From Abditibacteriaceae bacterium (GTDB lineage Bacteria > Armatimonadota > Abditibacteriia > Abditibacteriales > Abditibacteriaceae), in assembly GCA_031425655.1 (NCBI GenBank), contig JANPJS010000084.1:1-36811 (forward strand): 36,811 bases of DNA, in the 5' to 3' direction. Below the pieces are notes generated by a model. That model saw nothing but the letters and a program-made list of their open reading frames with translations, was not told where the DNA came from and made no database searches. How positions within the stretch are numbered: the first letter of the stretch is position 1; each line of letters opens with the position of its first letter. Positions 35,832-36,811 of this stretch are shown here, piece by piece. The position numbers and the translations under genes are program-made.

Positions 35832-36659
35832 ATGGCTAAAAAAGTTCTCATCATTCTGTCGGAGTATGGCTATTGGGGCGAGGAACTCGTCGGCCCATTG
35901 GAAACCTTCGACGCCGCCGGCTACGAAGTTGATTTCGCAACGCCCACCGGCCAACGACCCGTCGCCTTGCCGCCCAGTTTCGACGAAACCTACGTTGACC
36001 CGCCATTAGGCAAAACCGTGACTTCCAAAGAAGTCGCCGACAAAGTCAAAGAAGTTGACAAGTCGCCGCGTCTGGAAAATCCGATTAGCATCAAAGAAAA
36101 GATGCCGGAGCGTCCGTATTTCAGCTCGCACAACCTGATCCGCGAGTTGGAAGCCTACAACAAGGCTGTCGAAGAAGTCGCTCACGGATGGCTGGCGCAA
36201 TACGACGCGATGCTGATCGTCGGCGGCAGCGGCCCGATTGTGGATTTGGCCAACAACCAGCGCGTTCACGACATGATCATGGCGTTCCAAAAAGCCGATA
36301 AGCCGATTGGCGCCGAATGTTACGGCGTGACTTGTCTTGCTTTCGCCCGCGATTGGCAAGACCGCAAGAGCATCATCTGGGGCAAGCACGTCACGGGTCA
36401 CTGCAAAGAATACGACTACAAAGACGGCACCGGCTTCATGAACGCCAACATCAACATGGGGCCGCCCCCGTATCCTCTGGAATACATTCTGCGCGATGCC
36501 ACCGGCCCGGACGGCGCCTACATCGGCAACTTCGGCAGAGAAGGCTCCGTGATCGTGGATTATCCGTTTATCACGGGCCGCTCCAACAACGATTCGTATC
36601 TCACCGGCGAAAAAATGGTTGAGGTGCTGGACAAAGGCCTCAGGCGTTACGGCTGGTAA
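35832..36659 (+). CDS. DJ-1/PfpI family (type 1 glutamine amidotransferase-like) protein
   Basis: Motifs 'KKVLIILSEYGYWGEEL..P', 'YDAMLIVGGSG..VDL', nucleophile elbow 'AECYG', 'FITGRS'. ATG at 35832 follows an AAGGA RBS. Confidence 0.9.
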   Translation: MAKKVLIILSEYGYWGEELVGPLETFDAAGYEVDFATPTGQRPVALPPSFDETYVDPPLGKTVTSKEVADKVKEVDKSPRLENPISIKEKMPERPYFSSHNLIRELEAYNKAVEEVAHGWLAQYDAMLIVGGSGPIVDLANNQRVHDMIMAFQKADKPIGAECYGVTCLAFARDWQDRKSIIWGKHVTGHCKEYDYKDGTGFMNANINMGPPPYPLEYILRDATGPDGAYIGNFGREGSVIVDYPFITGRSNNDSYLTGEKMVEVLDKGLRRYGW

Positions 36660-36665
36660 AGCAAA

Positions 36666-36728
36666 TGCGGAATTTGGAGTGCGGTAAGCGGAGTGAAAAA
36701 TTACGCATTACGCACATCGCATTTCAAA
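36666..36728. repeat. Inverted arrays of degenerate heptamers
   Basis: TGCGGAA/TTTGGAG/TGCGGTA/AGCGGAG followed by the roughly complementary TTACGCA/TTACGCA/CATCGCA/TTTCAAA just after the stop codon. Confidence 0.6.
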
Positions 36729-36811
36729 CTTAATTTATTATTGGCGCAAAAAAATGCCATCACGGCCTTATAGTAAAATTTATAGCCGACGGGGTTGTCC
36801 AAATTTTTTGT

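Overview
Bacterial genomic window of roughly 55-60% GC by eye. The gene content (outer-membrane barrel, FecR-like protein, Gfo/Idh/MocA) fits a diderm; Armatimonadota/Abditibacteriota is only a guess. No rRNA, tRNA, CRISPR array, transposase or integrase was seen. The core (about 5.1-35.5 kb) is a putative innate-immunity or proteolytic-signalling island. It has three membrane-anchored nSTAND1-type NTPases (one WD40, two paralogous DUF4062/TIR-like-STAND-TM-TPR) and three caspase-fold (clan CD) proteases with intact His/Cys dyads (CHAT-SIR2 fusion, secreted TPR-CHAT, cytoplasmic peptidase C25). The best candidate for a novel system is the five-gene minus-strand operon 15203->5112: CHAT-SIR2, STAND-3TM-WD40, peptidase C25, a 263-aa and a 115-aa hypothetical. 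The last three proteins share one unrecognised ~100-aa domain. The protease and the 263-aa protein carry repeated (S/T)F-small motifs in linkers that look like cleavage sites. The flanks hold metabolic genes (Gfo/Idh/MocA, PhyH, VF530, LDH/MDH-like, DUF1772, aquaporin, DJ-1/PfpI) and several REP/MITE-like palindromes. All family calls come from recognising motifs by eye, not from database searches.
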